A stretch of 64,000 bases of DNA, taken from assembly GCA_012295275.1 (NCBI GenBank), contig CM022666.1, positions 12,958,001-13,022,000 of the forward strand, given 5' to 3'. Below the pieces are notes generated by a model. The model saw only the letters and a program-made list of their open reading frames with translations, searched no databases and was not told the origin of the DNA. Position numbers and translations under genes: made by a program. How positions within the stretch are numbered: the first letter of the stretch is position 1; each line of letters begins with the position of its first letter. The stretch comes from Chrysomallon squamiferum. Taxonomy: Eukaryota; Animalia; Mollusca. This document shows positions 60,205-64,000 of the stretch, piece by piece.

Positions 60205-61609
60205 TGAAGAAAATCAGCAAAGTAATAAAAACTATTTGACCAAACGATCCTGAAAAATAGGCTACAGTTACACTACATCACTAATCACACACGCAAGTAA
60301 AATACAAAATCCATCCATGCTCATACATAACAATTTTTATTTTTTAATTTGTTTAAATTTGTTTTAGTTTTATTTTATGATATTTCAAATTTCAGATATT
60401 TAATTTGTTTTATAGAATTTGTTTAAATTTGTTATTATTATTTTGTATTATTTATTATTAATAGTAGTACTAGTAGTACTAGCAGTAGTAGTAGTTGTTG
60501 TTGTAATATTTTAAATTGTTTAAGAGTGGCTTCCCCTTCTATGTCTTCAGTCGTCAAGGCGGAGAAAATGTAAACCGGAACACAGTATATAAACAAAAGA
60601 AAAAAGAAAGTTTACGTAACTGTCGTATCAGCATGCAGGTATATTTCTTTGGATATCAGAATCAGTTAAACCTGATATGTAAATTTTATGATTTTGTGTA
60701 AGTTTCCTGATACAATAACAAAAGTTAGACAACTAAAAAAGACCTGTTTGTATAATTTTTAATTCATGACTCAGTCTGTTACCTTTATTTTGCAGGGATG
60801 TAATAAAATATAAATAACAAAATAAAACTAAAAATAATAAATAAATAAATAAATAAATAAATAAAGATTAAAAAAAATTTAAATAATATTTAATTTAGAA
60901 AATATCATTATCATAGCAAGAACAACAAAAAAAATAATAATGATTTACAGAGTTCAACATAAATAACAGTGCCTTACAATATAAACTATTTATTAATATT
61001 ATTGTTATTAGTTTTTTCTTAGATATGTTTTTCTTTAAGCAAAAATCTATATAATATTTTGTCTTTTACTGTTCCCAAGCATAATTCACTTTTAATATTA
61101 TGAATAGTTTATTAATTTTACCTTCTAGTTATAATTATTTGTTTATTTTTTTTCTATTTAGTTTGTTATTAACATTGTTGTTGGGGAGGTTATGTCAGAT
61201 TATTTTGTTTGTTTGTTTTTTTTTGTTTTTTTTTGTTTTTTGGAATGGGTTGTTAAAGGATATTGAAACCAGATATTAAAGTAATTTTGTTTTATTATTT
61301 TTATTTTTTTCTTCTATTTGATTTATTATTATTGTATTTAATTATTTATTTGTTCCCACAAATTTTTAATGTGTGTGTGAGAGAGATTTAAAATAACCTG
61401 AATCTTTGATACTCTGTTCAGATTATTTTAATTTATTTAAACTGGTAACCTTGGGTATATATCAAAATGTCAGATTATGTAGAAAAAATAAAATGTCATT
61501 AATTTGTTTTAATTTCTTGTATTATCAGGTTATGCAACATATCAGATGACTTGATTAACATACAGGTTAATTATCTAATGTAGTTAATTAACAAGTATTT
61601 TTGTGTTTG

Positions 61610-61668
<59 letters not shown>

Positions 61669-62216
61669 TGTGTGTGTGTCTGTAAAGAAACCAGAAAATA
61701 AGATCTTAAATATAACAGTGGATTGAAGTTTGTGTTCACATGATACTACTGTCGTTACCCTCTCAAGTGGATCTGGTGTACCATTGGATACAGTGGGTAA
61801 CCAAGCATGTAACTACTTTTGTAATGACACATTTCAACTAGGCCAGAATTTAAAATACTAGTGTATCATTTTACATTGAATTATAAATTAACAAAGTAAA
61901 TTTTCATATTAAAGGTAGTTGTTCTATTTGTGTTGTAACAGTCAACCTTCACATTATGATATATTTTCACGATAAAGCAGCAACATGACTTCCCATTTTA
62001 TCATTTCATTTTTTCTTCTTTTTATGTATTATCCTTTTCAAGAAATTTTAATCATCCTTTTAAAATTATATTTAATTAAAATGTAGTTATATTTTTCCTA
62101 ACTTGTATTTTTGTATCTTGGGGGTTTCTTCTATTTTTTCCTCTCTTTTTTGTAGTGGTTGTTTTTCTTTTATAATTTATTTCTGTTTTTATTGTTCATA
62201 TTGTTGTTGTTATTGT

Positions 62217-62258
<42 letters not shown>

Positions 62259-63370
62259 TATTATTATTATTATTATTATCATTATTACGATGATGTAAAA
62301 TAAGAAAAATGCAATTTAAGTAAAATACAGAAATATAAATAAAATTAGAGTAGTCAGCTATTCCTCTGTTTATTGAATATTGACAAGAAAAAGACAAAAA
62401 TACTGGTGCGTGTGTGTGTGTTATAGTACTTGAAACCACAATCACACAACACATTCTTACATAAACTCAGTCTCACATATACACATACATTCAACACACA
62501 TTTATAGATGCATATACATATATATACAAATACAACACTCAAACAAACACAAACACACATAATCACACACATACATACACTATATACACATACATACATA
62601 CATGCACATGCACACAGACACACATACATACACACACATGCACACCCTACACACATACACACTTGCACACACACACATATACCACACCACCATATACTAA
62701 CCTGTACATAAATTCCCTGACACCTCACAACCAATGTTTAATCTGTAACCAGGCTGAACTGTAAGTAGAGAAAGTGAGAGAAAAACAAATAATCTTCACC
62801 TTGATCTGTGAACTGACAGGTATGTGTGAATCGTTTCATAGACTGGAGGCCATTCAAACAACTCAGGAATTTCTTACAGAATGTCACTCTCCATCCATCA
62901 GTTCAGTCAGAGCAGATTAAATGTAAAACAAAAACCCATCTGAGGCCTTCAGTTATTACATAACATTAATCCCAGGTTGAATATAGGCTCCAGCACTGCA
63001 TTCATTACTTGTAAATCAGAAATAACAATCGTTATGTAAGACGGGTTGGTTAGAAGTTGTTTTTGTGTTATTTTTTTTTATTTATTTATTTTATTAATTT
63101 ATATATTTTATTTTATTTTATTTTATTTTATTTTATTTTATTTATTTATTTATTTATTTTATTTTATTTTATTTTATTTTTTATTTCTTTCTTCTTTTTT
63201 ATTTTTTCATTTATTTATTTTATTATTTTTTTTTTTATTATTATTTTTATTATTATTATTATATTTTATTTATTAACAATAAGTCATGTTTGGAAATTTT
63301 ATTTTTTAGATATTTTACAATGTTTAAATGTAAATTTGTTTTTTTTATGTATTCCATTTGTTTTGTTTGT

Positions 63371-63410
<40 letters not shown>

Positions 63411-63548
63411 CACACACACATTCAGTGCATACATGTATCACATATTGCATATATGGGAAGTTACACAAAAAAACAAAAAACCTTCCTGCTTCCTAATAAA
63501 TATCATGTAGTTTCCACTCATTTTGTCTTTACATGAGAAATATATTAC

Positions 63549-63591
<43 letters not shown>

Positions 63592-63649
63592 TATTATTAG
63601 TATTATTACTACTATTATTCTCTTTTTTTTGATGGGTTGTTGACTATAT

Positions 63650-63900
63650 TATTAGGACAGCTGTCACTGTGAATGACTCTATTTCTCTGTAGATCACTTC
63701 TTGTGCCTACAGCTTCTTCTGGAGAGTTGTTGTAGTTGTCCAGGCAGTCTCCCTCAGCTGCTGCAGGTTAATGCAGTTTAGGATGACATGTTCAGATGTC
63801 CAGTTGTCTGTTCTGCTTCTCCAAAGGAGCACTTGGAAGAAGATAACAGTTGGAAGCTCTTATATATGTGCTGGCTGAGCCTGTTGTGTCCTGTCCCCCT
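63650..63900 (-). mobile_element. Degenerate 3' end of a non-LTR retrotransposon (LINE) ORF2
   Basis: Minus-strand translation with frameshifts and a stop gives RGTGHNRLSQHIYK..SKCSFGEAEQT/..EHVILNCINLQQLRETAW..TLQKKL*/GTRSDLQR. This resembles the RLRTGH...C-x-C...H-x4-C zinc-knuckle C-terminus of LINE ORF2 proteins. It is followed on the minus strand by an A-rich/(TAA)n tail. Confidence 0.7.
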
Positions 63901-64000
63901 GCTACTATTATTATTATTCTAATTATTAAATTATTATTATTACTGTTGTTGTTGTTATTATTTTTATTATTAAATTATTATTATTATTATTATTATTATT

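Noticed and set aside
62800-62940. Complex minus-strand segment ending in a GT donor
   Set aside because: Stops occur in all frames near its 5' part, the implied intron to the next candidate exon is only 41 nt, and no product is recognisable.

Overview
AT-rich, microsatellite-saturated animal genomic DNA with spliceosomal introns. A lophotrochozoan such as a gastropod is my inference; the taxon cannot be established from this window. Most ORFs in the supplied track are translated simple repeats. Splicing exons by hand gives four + strand genes. (1) An astacin (M12A) metalloprotease lacking its first exon (302-6639). (2) A calpain-5/TRA-3-like protease with a 1-nt frameshift in a C homopolymer (16290-26385). 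(3) A paralogous astacin with eight ShKT domains (29951-46730). (4) An unrecognised ~590-aa secreted polyprotein (50025-58999; 16 coding exons, all coding-region introns phase 1). KR/GKR processing of gene 4 would release about 13 long amphipathic peptides, 11 of them amidated. Its repeat exons are offset by half a peptide, so exon duplication or skipping would create chimeric peptides. Gene 4 is the best candidate for an undescribed system. The window also holds a MITE, SINE-like remnants, a LINE 3' fragment and several minisatellites.
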